This document shows positions 30,264 to 39,720 of a stretch of 64,000 nucleotides of DNA, one piece after another. Each line of letters begins with the position of its first letter. Positions within the stretch are counted from its first letter, which is position 1. The DNA is from Bdellovibrionota bacterium (lineage in GTDB: Bacteria > Bdellovibrionota_C > UBA2361 > OMII01): NCBI GenBank assembly GCA_044360195.1, contig JBIKKT010000014.1, positions 919 to 64,918 of the forward strand, read 5' to 3'. Made by a program: the position numbers and the translations under genes. The notes under the pieces are model-generated. The model saw only the letters and a program-made list of their open reading frames with translations. It ran no database searches and was not told where the DNA came from.

Positions 30264-31087
30264 ATAACTCCGCTTAAACTCCTCAAAAAGTAACCTTCCC
30301 GATAGCTAAGCGAAAGGCCAAAAAGACACCTTCGAAATGCGACCAGACATCGCGAGGATTGCTATAGCAATCCGCATAGAACTCAGATGCTCGCATTTTA
30401 CCCCACATGTGCACTCTAGTGTGATATTATTTCGTTCGGACGTTGCTACACAGAGAGCAACTCCTATGGATACCGAGTTTTTATGAGTTCACAAGGAACA
30501 CCTACTTGTGAGTAAAGCGCTACCCGTATTTAGGCCCCACACTACTTCTGCGCCTCTAGCGACTTATCACTTTTGTATGAGGTCTATAGTTCCAGTTCTC
30601 AGGCTGAAGTTTGAGGTGTTCCGCTTGAGTCTTCTGGCCTTCGTTTCTCAAGTCCCCGTTAGTATACGTCTCTTCCTTGAAATTTACCGATGGCCCCGGG
30701 GCTTTGTCCTCTCTCGTTCGAGCGAGTACTCGACGCTATTATTTCACGGTCCTCAGTGTCGATCGTAACACAGCAATAAACGCTATGGTTCTTTAGTCGG
30801 CCCTATTGGCTATACTGGAGGAACTTGTGAGTATTTTGCCGTGTCAAAAAATGGGCTGCAAGCTTAATGGGGATCGTGTATCTACGACACAAGTAGATCT
30901 CTTTTTGAGAGCAACTTCTTCCCAACACAGCCGATCTGCACTTCGTACCCATGACGGTGCGAATAGCACTACACATTGGACCTCAGTAAGAAGTCTGGTA
31001 CAGGCCAACTATCTAACTCCATAAAAAGCGAAGAAAATGTTGCGTTCCCGAGTTGGCCTGCACCAATAACAGGTTCGAACTACTTAA

Positions 31088-32461
31088 CTACTTACTTGGG
31101 GATACTGGTCCGTACTGGTGACACCGCGTAATGTTTTGCTCTCGAGAAATCATTCCGCAGGCTTGTCGCTCGATCGCTGCTCTCGTCGCGCCATTTTCCA
31201 TACCAGCACTGACGTACATACTCGCCAGTAGAAGCTGCTCTCGTGATGCCCCTGAGGATCGCTCAGCTTCAGAGATAAATTCTTGTGAAATCCTAACTTT
31301 CGAGGCCTCATCCTGCGATTCAATGAGGGCCTCAGATTCTCCGATTATCAAAGCAGCACGCTCGATGGGAGTGTAACTTCCCATTTTTTTTCCCAACTCT
31401 GGCAAGAGTTCATCGTCCGGAACTCCTTGGAGAGAGAGCTCAAGTCGCTTGGCCTTGGCGAACAACGGCGGGCTTAAGGTGAGATCCCCCGTTCGTTCGA
31501 GTACCTCTCGCGAAAAATCCTTATAGCGCGGATCTGTCGCGGTTTGAGATAGAGTCGACAACACCCTGTCTAGGAAGTCTGGTTCACTCTCAAGATTCTC
31601 AGCATCGAGGAGCGCTCGAAACCTCTCCATGCTTTTATCGTCGGCATTCGAAATCGCTAGATCAAATGACAGACTACCGTGCTCGACCGGAGATATAGCC
31701 AATCGTGACATCCTTTCCTGATCCAAAACGGAAAGGATCTGCTCTTGAGACTCCACCGGCAAAAGAGGCGTCATCTCCAGGATCGCGTACTTGGAAGACT
31801 TACCGTCATCAGAGAGCGCAAGTTTTCGCGCAAAATCAAATACAACTTCCTCAGACGCGCGTATGTCCATGGGCTGCGGCTTTTCCGTCGGCAAGCTGTC
31901 CCAGTCAGCCGCCAAAGTATCCCTGAGGGTGGCTAAGAGGTGTGAGCGCAACTCAACACTGCTCCCCTCTCCGAACATCGTGATGAGGTCTTGAGCACGT
32001 TCTATCGGATAGAGGTGCGCCAAGTTATCAAGAACGTATAAGGCCTGGTGATCCTTTCGAGAGGCCAAGAGACCCATGAGAACATCTATTTTGTGCTCTC
32101 TCCGGATCTGAGAGTCATTGAGTAATGCATGAAAAGCCGCATCCAGGGACTCAAGCTTTTCCTTAGTGTCGGGTGAGTCAAACAGGTTCTCCACAGAGGA
32201 TTTGAAACGCCAGGCCGCTTTCTGACTGCTCTCTGACTGCCTCAAACCCGTATCGTTCAATGCATCGGAATTTTCACCACCCCGCGCTGGCATCGGAGTG
32301 GCACGACCAGCTCCGTCAGATGGCGCCGACGCTTGCTCCACAGTGAGAGCAGAGCTGAGCACACCGACAGCCACAGCACCAACAATAGTTAACCCTGCAA
32401 CAAGAGCTCTTTTACGCATGAGAATGCTTGCGTTATACCGCATCATCCCAGGAATAATCAA
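31088..32461 (-). CDS. Exported or membrane-anchored protein, function unknown
   Basis: 457-aa ORF. The N-terminal MRKRALVAGLTIVGAVAVGVL is a signal or anchor. The true start may be the ATG at 32419, 13 nt after the upstream stop, rather than the TTG at 32461. The remainder is acidic and helical. Confidence 0.55.
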   Translation of the reverse strand: MIIPGMMRYNASILMRKRALVAGLTIVGAVAVGVLSSALTVEQASAPSDGAGRATPMPARGGENSDALNDTGLRQSESSQKAAWRFKSSVENLFDSPDTKEKLESLDAAFHALLNDSQIRREHKIDVLMGLLASRKDHQALYVLDNLAHLYPIERAQDLITMFGEGSSVELRSHLLATLRDTLAADWDSLPTEKPQPMDIRASEEVVFDFARKLALSDDGKSSKYAILEMTPLLPVESQEQILSVLDQERMSRLAISPVEHGSLSFDLAISNADDKSMERFRALLDAENLESEPDFLDRVLSTLSQTATDPRYKDFSREVLERTGDLTLSPPLFAKAKRLELSLQGVPDDELLPELGKKMGSYTPIERAALIIGESEALIESQDEASKVRISQEFISEAERSSGASREQLLLASMYVSAGMENGATRAAIERQACGMISREQNITRCHQYGPVSPSK

Positions 32462-33047
32462 AAGGCAATCCTCGCCAAACGGTTACCGGAGTTTGAGGAG
32501 TACGTGCGATGTCCCGACCCAGCCCTTTCCGGTACGAATAAACAACAAATCCGTCGCACCGATATTTCGCGTTCTGCCTTACCCATTTTCCGTTCTTAAG
32601 AACCATCTTACCCTCCGTATACTGGGAACTATAGGTATATGAAGGACTCCAATTTCTCTGCTCCCAGCCAGCTGAGACCACTGAGCGCCAACTATGTTCA
32701 CACATTTCGCAGTTGGCGTGATATCGCTCGTAAGCCCATCCGCTACCAAAAAGCGGGGAGCGAGCCATGAAATCGACATGCGTGTTTTTCACGATCACTT
32801 TCCCTTCATTAAGCACTTCCAAGAAAATACCGAATGACCGCCTCAAACGAGCGTCCCATATTGGCTCAGCGGTATCCATGCCAATATGCCCCAACCAACC
32901 CAGGCCCCGAATGTTAAGTTCCCTACCAACCACATCCCCTGCCGAGCGAGCGAAACAGGTGGGGATCGTCGAGACCACAATAAATACTGCCACGATCTGA
33001 AAAGTTTTTAGAACCAAGCGGATAGTGGGAACCTTCAAGCTAGTCAT
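32433..33047 (-). CDS. Exported protein, possibly a permuted papain-like (NlpC/P60-YiiX/LRAT-type) hydrolase
   Basis: 204 aa with an N-terminal signal or anchor (FQIVAVFIVVSTIPTCFA). His in GWLGHIGMD precedes Cys in YRCDGFVVYSY, which is the order seen in permuted NlpC/P60 enzymes. The assignment is tentative. Confidence 0.35.
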   Translation of the reverse strand: MTSLKVPTIRLVLKTFQIVAVFIVVSTIPTCFARSAGDVVGRELNIRGLGWLGHIGMDTAEPIWDARLRRSFGIFLEVLNEGKVIVKNTHVDFMARSPLFGSGWAYERYHANCEMCEHSWRSVVSAGWEQRNWSPSYTYSSQYTEGKMVLKNGKWVRQNAKYRCDGFVVYSYRKGLGRDIARTPQTPVTVWRGLPFDYSWDDAV

Positions 33048-33227
33048 CTTTTCATCTCCTCTCAGGGCTTAACGGAACGAAGTTGCGCTGGGCACTGCAA
33101 AAAACGTTTACAGCGGGTCATTGCGGCAGGACAGTAACGATGCCGGTATGGCCAGTCAACGAAAAAAGCTCGTTCCGAATTTTCCTCCGAAACCATCGAC
33201 ACACGTCGGGCAAACCAACGCCCTGGC

Positions 33228-33262
33228 TTAAGGAAAAAAAGGGACGCTACCCTTTTCCTTAA
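33228..33262. repeat. Palindromic hairpin, copy 1 of the AAAGGG(G)ACGCTACCCTTT element
   Basis: TTAAGGAAAA(AAA)GGG-ACGCTA-CCCTTTTCCTTAA forms a 13-bp stem with a 3-nt bulge. On the minus strand the core is followed by a T-run, so it is terminator-like. Confidence 0.7.
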
Positions 33263-33373
33263 TACCTGCTCCAAAAATTGCAGGCATCATTTTCAGCGGA
33301 GAGGTCGGTGTTCGAAAACCCGAGTTCCGTATCCGTCCACTCAGAGACGACCCGCGCTTTGCTGAACTGAGGA

Positions 33374-33398
33374 GATAAAGGGGACGCTACCCTTTATC
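33374..33398. repeat. Palindromic hairpin, copy 2 of the same element
   Basis: GATAAAGGG-GACGCTA-CCCTTTATC forms a 9-bp stem. The 18-19 nt core is shared with copy 1. Confidence 0.7.
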
Positions 33399-33516
33399 CC
33401 AAGCGGGAAAGTCATGACTGACAGGCATTTCCTCGTGTGTGGCAGGGTTACTATCCGCCCAGCAACACCTTCTTCACAATAGAAAAATTAGTTTGCGTTC
33501 CATGGGATGGCGCGCT

Positions 33517-36500
33517 TTAGGACCGAATAAATCCAAGATAGCGCAGAAAATCACCCGCATAAGGATGCAGCATGCGAACTCGCGACCTTCCGTCTGTTGA
33601 GAGAAAATCCTGTGTCCATCCACGGACGGCTTCAGGGAGTACAACACTTCCAACTTGATACCAGTTTGCTGGCTGATAATAGCGCTTTGGCAGTAGCTCG
33701 TTCACGAGCGTGCCAAATGTTGCAGGTCCTACAAGCGTTGCGCCATTGAGTATTAACTCCTGCTGGTACTTAATGCGAGCCCAAGGTTTGATTACTTCGC
33801 AAATTTCTTGCTCTGGCAAAATAAATGTTTTTGCAATTGCACTCACCGCTTGAGGTTGACTTGGACGAAGATCAATAGAACGATTCCTTGAAAAGGTTAC
33901 AAGCTCAGACTTAATGTGGCCGATATCGGCTTCTCGCAGAAAAATCTGTTCGCCGTCTTTGATCGCCTGGAATCGAAACCCTGGCTGCTGCGCAGACTCT
34001 CCAAGAGCTCTGATGAAAGACTTATCCATGATTCCAAATTCCTGAGCAGCAAGATTTAGATTTACATGTACGGTCCGATCTCTGTAGCGCAAGGAAGTGT
34101 TGTTTTCGCAACGCAACCAATTCGTATAGTCGCCAAGATCTCGTGCGAGTTCGGATAGAGGAACAAACCTTTCTTGATCAGTTGAATCGGGGATATATTT
34201 TTGCGCCAGCCACTTTTCATATGGACTCTGAGGATCCAGTTTGCCAAGCGAAAGAAAAAATTGCCCATCTTGGTATGCATACTTTGGATTATTCACCGAG
34301 GCTATGGGCAACGCTTGAAAGTGCGAAAAAAGCGTAGACACTGCTGCTGCTGTTATATCTTGGATTCCGCAATGATTAACTGCTTCATTCAAAGCACTGA
34401 CATGTCTCTCACCACCATATGAATTTGGATTTAGGGATGTAATTGAAATATACGCCTGCTGGTCTCTGCGTATAATTTGACTGATTGCTAACACTCCCTT
34501 GGATAATTTCCAAAGCAGGTCTGCACTTACTTGCTTATTTTGGCGATATGGAAGCACACGATCACCAAATTCCTTGACGGTTTCAGCTGAATAAAGTGCT
34601 CGGTTGCCTTTTCCTTGAAGATATACTTCCTTTGCAGATCTAGACGCCCCTGGTATAGAAATAATAATTTCATTGAATTCTTCCAAACTCAGTCCAAATC
34701 GCTCCCGTATAGCTTCTTTAGTAAGCCAACCTTTTTTCTCAAGTCCAATTCCTTCACCGAGCACTTTTTGTGCGCGCTCTTTGCCGGCTGCCACAAATGC
34801 AGGGGACACTACCTCGAGTTCTTTACGTACTGACCAAGCAACTTTGATGTCATTTGGAAACTCAGGCCTTAATTCCCCTATAATGCGGTTTGTCTCGCTA
34901 CTATTTCCAGTCCCCCATAGCTTTCCGAGTGTTCGCACGGGTTTCCATCCCTGCGAAGTGAGTCCGCGTCCAAGCCACTGTTCAAGGAGCGGTATAGATT
35001 CAGGGCTAAAATACCGCACGAAACTTTTAGTTTCAGCGTCGTAAAATTTTCCTACATATTCATGTTTATTCAGTTCTTCTTTCAGCGCTGATGCCGCTCG
35101 CCTCAAGCGTGAAGTCTCAACTTTTAGTTTCACGGCTGCTGCATGCAAGCTAATCCAGCCTTCTGGCGGAGGAGTTTTACCGGCTAGAGCATCAAGTTCA
35201 TTCTTAACACTGAGGGCTTCACTCTCTTCGATAATTACTTTTACATCTTTAATTTCTAGCGACTTAATTCTCTCGATGAGATCTTTAACCGCCTGGTTGC
35301 GGGGATCATCCTCAAGCTCACTCAAGCTTGGGCAGGTAATACCTCCCAAAATTTCATAGAACAACAGCTGCGGTTCTCTACGCCGAGAATCTTCATATAC
35401 GAGATCAATTATCGTTCCAATTTTTTCTTGCCATTCATTATAGAGTCGCCCCACACGCCCACCGCGCTGTTCTGCAGAAAACGGGGAATTCGTCGGAGCA
35501 AAATTTATACAGACGCTAGCAATTTTCGCGTCAAAACCCTCTATCAAGAGATCAGCAGAGAAGAGTGCTTTTATCTCCCCTTTTTTATAAGCGTCAATGA
35601 TTCGCTTTTGTTCATCCTTAGGGGTAGTGCCGTCGATTGCTGCTGCGGTAATGCCACGTTCAGAAAAGTAATTTGCATACCCGTGAGCTTCAGCAACACC
35701 GCTAGTAAAGCCTATAAGAGACTGTTCTGGAAAGCCCTTCGTATAGAGCTGAAATGCCGCCTTTGCCGCACCAGCAGCAAGAAGTTTTTTCCCTAATTCT
35801 TCAGGTTTATATGTGCCATCCTGAATAGGCACATCACTGATATCTATTTTTACTTTAACAGGAAAGGTAACTAGCGGACACACCGCGCCTAAACGAACTG
35901 CTTCAGGGAGGCTTATTTCGTGATAGCGCCGAGGCAGGATTTCAGAATCCTTCGGGGTGGCAGAAAATGCAACAATCGCAGCCTCCTCGGGAAACTGACG
36001 CAGCATCTTCTGCGTTTCAATTCCTAGCCCTTTGTGAATCTCATCACCTACTACCAGACGCACTTTATTGAGATCAATTTCTCGTTCACTAGGCAATTTT
36101 TTTTGCTCTGCCAGTAGATACTGGTACGTGGTGATTATAATTTTCTTTGGTGATTCTTTGAGCGAACCGTGAATTTCACAAACATTTTCTTTACTCTCTG
36201 GGAAAAACGCCTCAATTTCTTTTCGCGTCTGTTCGGCTAAATTAGATTTAGGAACTATAATAATGGTAGGTACATCACATGCTACCGCGAGAGCTCCAAA
36301 GGTCACGGTTTTACCGATACCAGTTGATCCTTTGACATCTCCCCTGTTTTCTCCATCTTCGAACCCAAGCAAGATGTCTTCTAGAATTTCCTGCTGTACT
36401 GGGCGAAGGGCTTTGAATCGATTATCTCGTCCTGACACAATTGCCTGCCCTAATCGATCACAAATATCTACCTGTTCTAAAAATGGCTTTAGTTCTTTAT

Positions 36501-36855
36501 GTTCAACCTCTCCACTGACTATGAGATCCGCAAGCTGGCCTCTGATCGGATAACTGCGGATTAGCTCTTCGAAGTCCTGATCTTGTGCAGCATTGAGATA
36601 ACTCGGACGAATACTTCTACCTTCTAGAACTTCTTTTATCTTAACTTCGGGACTCGGGCTTGGAATTTGAGAAGAGCTAAGCGCGGTAGATCCTCCGCTT
36701 TCGAAGATTCCGTCACCAGTATGAGGCGCAAGATTTCTTTGGTAGTTATACATAAAATTACAATCACAAACTATTGGGCTACTAGTCTCGTTATCCTGGG
36801 TTATTGAGGAATTTAACCTTAAAGGAACATAACTGTAGTGCCCGATATGCCTCAC
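33517..36855 (-). CDS. Superfamily-2 helicase (ResIII/DEAD-like core) with a ~600-aa repeat-containing C-terminal extension
   Basis: Motif I GSTGIGKT, motif II VVGDEIHKG, motif III FSATP and motif VI QRGGRVGR are present. The gene is visibly more AT-rich than its surroundings. The real start may be an internal Met. Confidence 0.85.
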   Translation of the reverse strand: MRHIGHYSYVPLRLNSSITQDNETSSPIVCDCNFMYNYQRNLAPHTGDGIFESGGSTALSSSQIPSPSPEVKIKEVLEGRSIRPSYLNAAQDQDFEELIRSYPIRGQLADLIVSGEVEHKELKPFLEQVDICDRLGQAIVSGRDNRFKALRPVQQEILEDILLGFEDGENRGDVKGSTGIGKTVTFGALAVACDVPTIIIVPKSNLAEQTRKEIEAFFPESKENVCEIHGSLKESPKKIIITTYQYLLAEQKKLPSEREIDLNKVRLVVGDEIHKGLGIETQKMLRQFPEEAAIVAFSATPKDSEILPRRYHEISLPEAVRLGAVCPLVTFPVKVKIDISDVPIQDGTYKPEELGKKLLAAGAAKAAFQLYTKGFPEQSLIGFTSGVAEAHGYANYFSERGITAAAIDGTTPKDEQKRIIDAYKKGEIKALFSADLLIEGFDAKIASVCINFAPTNSPFSAEQRGGRVGRLYNEWQEKIGTIIDLVYEDSRRREPQLLFYEILGGITCPSLSELEDDPRNQAVKDLIERIKSLEIKDVKVIIEESEALSVKNELDALAGKTPPPEGWISLHAAAVKLKVETSRLRRAASALKEELNKHEYVGKFYDAETKSFVRYFSPESIPLLEQWLGRGLTSQGWKPVRTLGKLWGTGNSSETNRIIGELRPEFPNDIKVAWSVRKELEVVSPAFVAAGKERAQKVLGEGIGLEKKGWLTKEAIRERFGLSLEEFNEIIISIPGASRSAKEVYLQGKGNRALYSAETVKEFGDRVLPYRQNKQVSADLLWKLSKGVLAISQIIRRDQQAYISITSLNPNSYGGERHVSALNEAVNHCGIQDITAAAVSTLFSHFQALPIASVNNPKYAYQDGQFFLSLGKLDPQSPYEKWLAQKYIPDSTDQERFVPLSELARDLGDYTNWLRCENNTSLRYRDRTVHVNLNLAAQEFGIMDKSFIRALGESAQQPGFRFQAIKDGEQIFLREADIGHIKSELVTFSRNRSIDLRPSQPQAVSAIAKTFILPEQEICEVIKPWARIKYQQELILNGATLVGPATFGTLVNELLPKRYYQPANWYQVGSVVLPEAVRGWTQDFLSTDGRSRVRMLHPYAGDFLRYLGFIRS

Positions 36856-36945
36856 ATTAAAAGAAAGGGAAGAGCGGTTTTGAGCATCGATTAGGCGAGT
36901 GGTTGCCTCACAAATGTTTTAAGGCATTTAGGTGAGGAGCAGACG

Positions 36946-38145
36946 ATGACACTTCAATCGAAACGTGAACTGATACAGGCTATTAGGAAGGCGTATCAGA
37001 AGGCAAGTAAGGGGCAAAAGAGTGCGCATCTTGACCACCTAGAGCTAGCCACGGGACTAAAACGTAACTATCTGAATCGGCTTCTTCTGACGGGATATAA
37101 GAGCCGCCGGAGAAAGCCAGGAAGACGGAGCCGGTACGCTAGCGACCCCGAGTTTATGGAGGCTCTAAAGCGCATCTGGGGGGCGACGAGGTACCTAAGC
37201 GGAAAGCTCCTTAAGCGTTCCATAAAGTTCTACATCGCCACCTACGAGGCGCACTGCGGAGTTTTGCATCAAGAGGTATCAGAGAAGCTCTTAAGGATTA
37301 GCCCGGCAACTATCGACCGCATTCTGCTCCCTACAAAGCGACGACTAGGAAAAGGCAAAAGCACCACTTCATCCGACCCCCACTTCAGAGATATGATTAC
37401 GATCTCCTTGGCTCAATGGGAGCAGAAAGAGCCGGGACACTTGGAGGGAGATCTCGTGGTGCACTGCGGCAATACAACGGGGGGAGGTTACGTTAATACA
37501 CTGACCGTCACAGATATAGCGACGGGATGGGTAGAGAACAGAGCGATTTGGGGAAAAACCGCTGAGGCTGTAATTGAAGCTCTGCGAGACATCAAAGCGT
37601 CACTCCCCTTTCCGTTGAAGTCTCTCGACTTTGACAATGGCTCAGAGTTTCTCAACAAACCAGTTCTTCGCTTCTGCCAAAAAGAGGGAATTGCACTCAC
37701 TCGCAGTCGTCCCTACAAGAAGAACGATAACGCGCACGTTGAGCAGAAGAACTGGATGACCGCTCGTGACGCTCTTGGCTTTAGACGCATGGAGAATCCC
37801 GATATCGTTCCTGTAGCAAACGATATGTACAAAAACGACTACCGCCTCTTTAAGAACTACTTCACGCCATGCTTCAAACTAAAAGAGAAGGTGAAGGTCG
37901 GAAGCCGCTATAAGCGAATCTACGATGAGCCGAAGACCCCTTTAGAGAGGGTGCTGGAATCTGATTACATTCCAGAAGAAGAGAAACAGAAGCTCAAGGA
38001 ACACCTCGCTTCGCTCGACCCTTTCCAACTGAGTAAGAACATCGACAGGAAGATCCTTCGCATCAAGGCTATGGCAAAGGTCTCCTTCGAAGAGTGGCAG
38101 CTGCTACCAGATTCTCAGAAGCTTCTTACTTTCCTTTATCAATGA
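36946..38145 (+). mobile_element. IS-type DDE transposase gene (integrase-core/rve fold), apparently intact; IS family not assigned
   Basis: 399 aa. The N-terminal region is basic and HTH-like. The DDE candidates are HLEGDLVVH, LDFDNGSEFLN and NDNAHVEQKNW. I could not identify convincing terminal inverted repeats. Confidence 0.8.
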
Positions 38146-38306
38146 TGCAAAGCGCTTGGTCAGCTGCCATATTGCTTAGACCCCTACTTCTAGGAGTTTC
38201 TCGTACCCCGTCAGAGCACGCTGCTCTTTGTCCGACCAACGGGCTAAAGCGCGAGACAAACACAAAAACAGTTGGTTAGGCCAAAGTCACTGCCATACTA
38301 AGAGGC

Positions 38307-38333
38307 AAGGGGAAGAGCTTTCACCTTCCCCTT
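38307..38333 (+). other. Perfect 9-bp stem-loop between the transposase gene and the next cassette
   Basis: AAGGGGAAG-AGCTTTCAC-CTTCCCCTT has no U-tract. It lies immediately upstream of the GAGGAG ribosome-binding site of the next gene. Confidence 0.5.
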
Positions 38334-38348
38334 CTGAGGAGAGTGCAT

Positions 38349-38678
38349 ATGACAACAAGCTCCCGCCCACCATTCGACCCCTCCCTCCTGAGTAATGAGG
38401 AGAAGAGAGATATTCAGCTGCTCATTGAAGAGTTTGGAGCCCACGTTGACCTCGAGCGGATCAATCGGGCGTTCATGGCCAACGAAGATTCCCTAACAGA
38501 GAGCGACTACCGTGGGCTCCTTACTGTTAACCTCTTTCACCTTCTTGGACAGGCCCGACACTCACCAGACCGCATTAGCTCTCAGGAGAAGGACTGGATC
38601 TTTCAGACATTGGGCTATCTGCGTCTAGATCCCCGAAACGTTTTACGAGACGAGCGGCTCAATTTTCTTAGGCGATAA
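38349..38678 (+). CDS. Hypothetical small protein (cassette A, gene 1)
   Basis: The ATG at 38349 lies 7 nt after GAGGAG, whereas the ORF track begins at GTG 38343. I recognise no motif. Confidence 0.55.
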   Translation: MTTSSRPPFDPSLLSNEEKRDIQLLIEEFGAHVDLERINRAFMANEDSLTESDYRGLLTVNLFHLLGQARHSPDRISSQEKDWIFQTLGYLRLDPRNVLRDERLNFLRR

Positions 38679-38700
38679 TAAACAAAAAGAGGAGGATGAG

Positions 38701-39114
38701 ATGACGACAACCAATGCAGCACCACAAGAACAAGGTCCCGGATTAATTGAAAGAGGGCTACGCGCCTTCTCAAGTGAACAGGCGCAGAGAGCTATAGCAA
38801 CCCTTGAGGTAACACTGCCGATTCCGGTGATCTCATCGGTTGTGTCCGCTATCAACTTCGCTCAGCATAGCTGCGCAACGTGCCTGAACATCATCGATGG
38901 ACAGATCTCCCGAGGCATCATCAACGCATGCCAAGCAGTTGCAGATGTTGGGCAGGTTCTCGCTGGCTTCTTCCCAATCGGCGAAACGATCGTGGATGTG
39001 GCAGCGTTCGGGCTTGAGTTCGCTGATTCTTTGATTACCGCTTATGAGAAGGGTGCGAACGGCGAGAGGCCTCCGTTATCACCCAAGATGGCTCAGGCCG
39101 CAGTAACTGCCTAA
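38701..39114 (+). CDS. Hypothetical small protein (cassette A, gene 2)
   Basis: 137 aa with a strong RBS (GAGGAGGA) upstream. I recognise no motif. Confidence 0.6.
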   Translation: MTTTNAAPQEQGPGLIERGLRAFSSEQAQRAIATLEVTLPIPVISSVVSAINFAQHSCATCLNIIDGQISRGIINACQAVADVGQVLAGFFPIGETIVDVAAFGLEFADSLITAYEKGANGERPPLSPKMAQAAVTA

Positions 39115-39133
39115 AAAATAAAAGGAAGCGATT

Positions 39134-39625
39134 ATGCCTTCGATATTTTCCACTACTGCCGCTCGTGAAATTACTGCTGCACCGCACTCGATGTCGGATC
39201 TAGTGGTTCCCTCGATTCATAAGTTACTCGATCCTGAGATATCCCCCGTTGCAGTTGCTAAAGAGCTGGTGCATGCGGCGAGCGGAACTGCTGGAGGCGT
39301 TGCTGCAGATGTTGCGGTACCCGATGGCATCGAGGCGTTCGCGCGCTTGGTGGGCGCTGATGGACTCCTCGCAAAGTACGGGCCAGGTCGCGCAGCTTCG
39401 GCAGTGGCAGAGCCTCTTGTTGAGAGGCTTCTCTCTGCGCCCATCATGAAGGGGTGTATGGCTGTTATTGAGAACTACTCCTCGGTTCTCTCTCTGGCGA
39501 TCTCGGGAATAACCGCGCTACAGGTTGGAGTTGTAGCGGCCACAGGGATTGCTGCCGCATACGCCCTGTATCGTTTCTTCACCCAGGATAGCAAAGAGGC
39601 TGCCCAAAAGGAGGTCCTCGTCTAG
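39134..39625 (+). CDS. Small protein with a C-terminal Ala/Gly-rich hydrophobic anchor (cassette A, gene 3); a paralogue lies at 48552-49015
   Basis: 163 aa with AAGGAAG upstream. The C-terminal segment is LSLAISGITALQVGVVAATGIAAAYALYRFF. There is clear similarity to the frameshifted copy on the opposite strand. Confidence 0.65.
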   Translation: MPSIFSTTAAREITAAPHSMSDLVVPSIHKLLDPEISPVAVAKELVHAASGTAGGVAADVAVPDGIEAFARLVGADGLLAKYGPGRAASAVAEPLVERLLSAPIMKGCMAVIENYSSVLSLAISGITALQVGVVAATGIAAAYALYRFFTQDSKEAAQKEVLV

Positions 39626-39720
39626 CCCGGTCAAAAGCGCCCCAAATCATAAAGATCCAGGCTTCACAGCTCGACGACTTACCGGGGCCCATTCGCGCCC
39701 CTAGGACATGGGCAGGATCT

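Noticed and set aside
30440-30480. RNase P RNA-like string ACAGAGAGCAA
   Set aside because: The universally conserved GAGGAAAGUCCGG element and the other P4 parts are absent nearby. The string is just the loop of a local hairpin.
33062-33274. 70-aa minus-strand ORF in the helicase-downstream spacer
   Set aside because: It runs straight through the palindromic hairpin, is Arg/Phe-rich and has no RBS.
36889-38294. Terminal repeats of the IS around the transposase gene (GATTAGGCGAGTGGTTGCC vs GGTTAGGCCAAAGTCACTGCC)
   Set aside because: On checking orientation, the similarity is direct rather than inverted, and it is weak. The IS boundaries therefore remain undefined.
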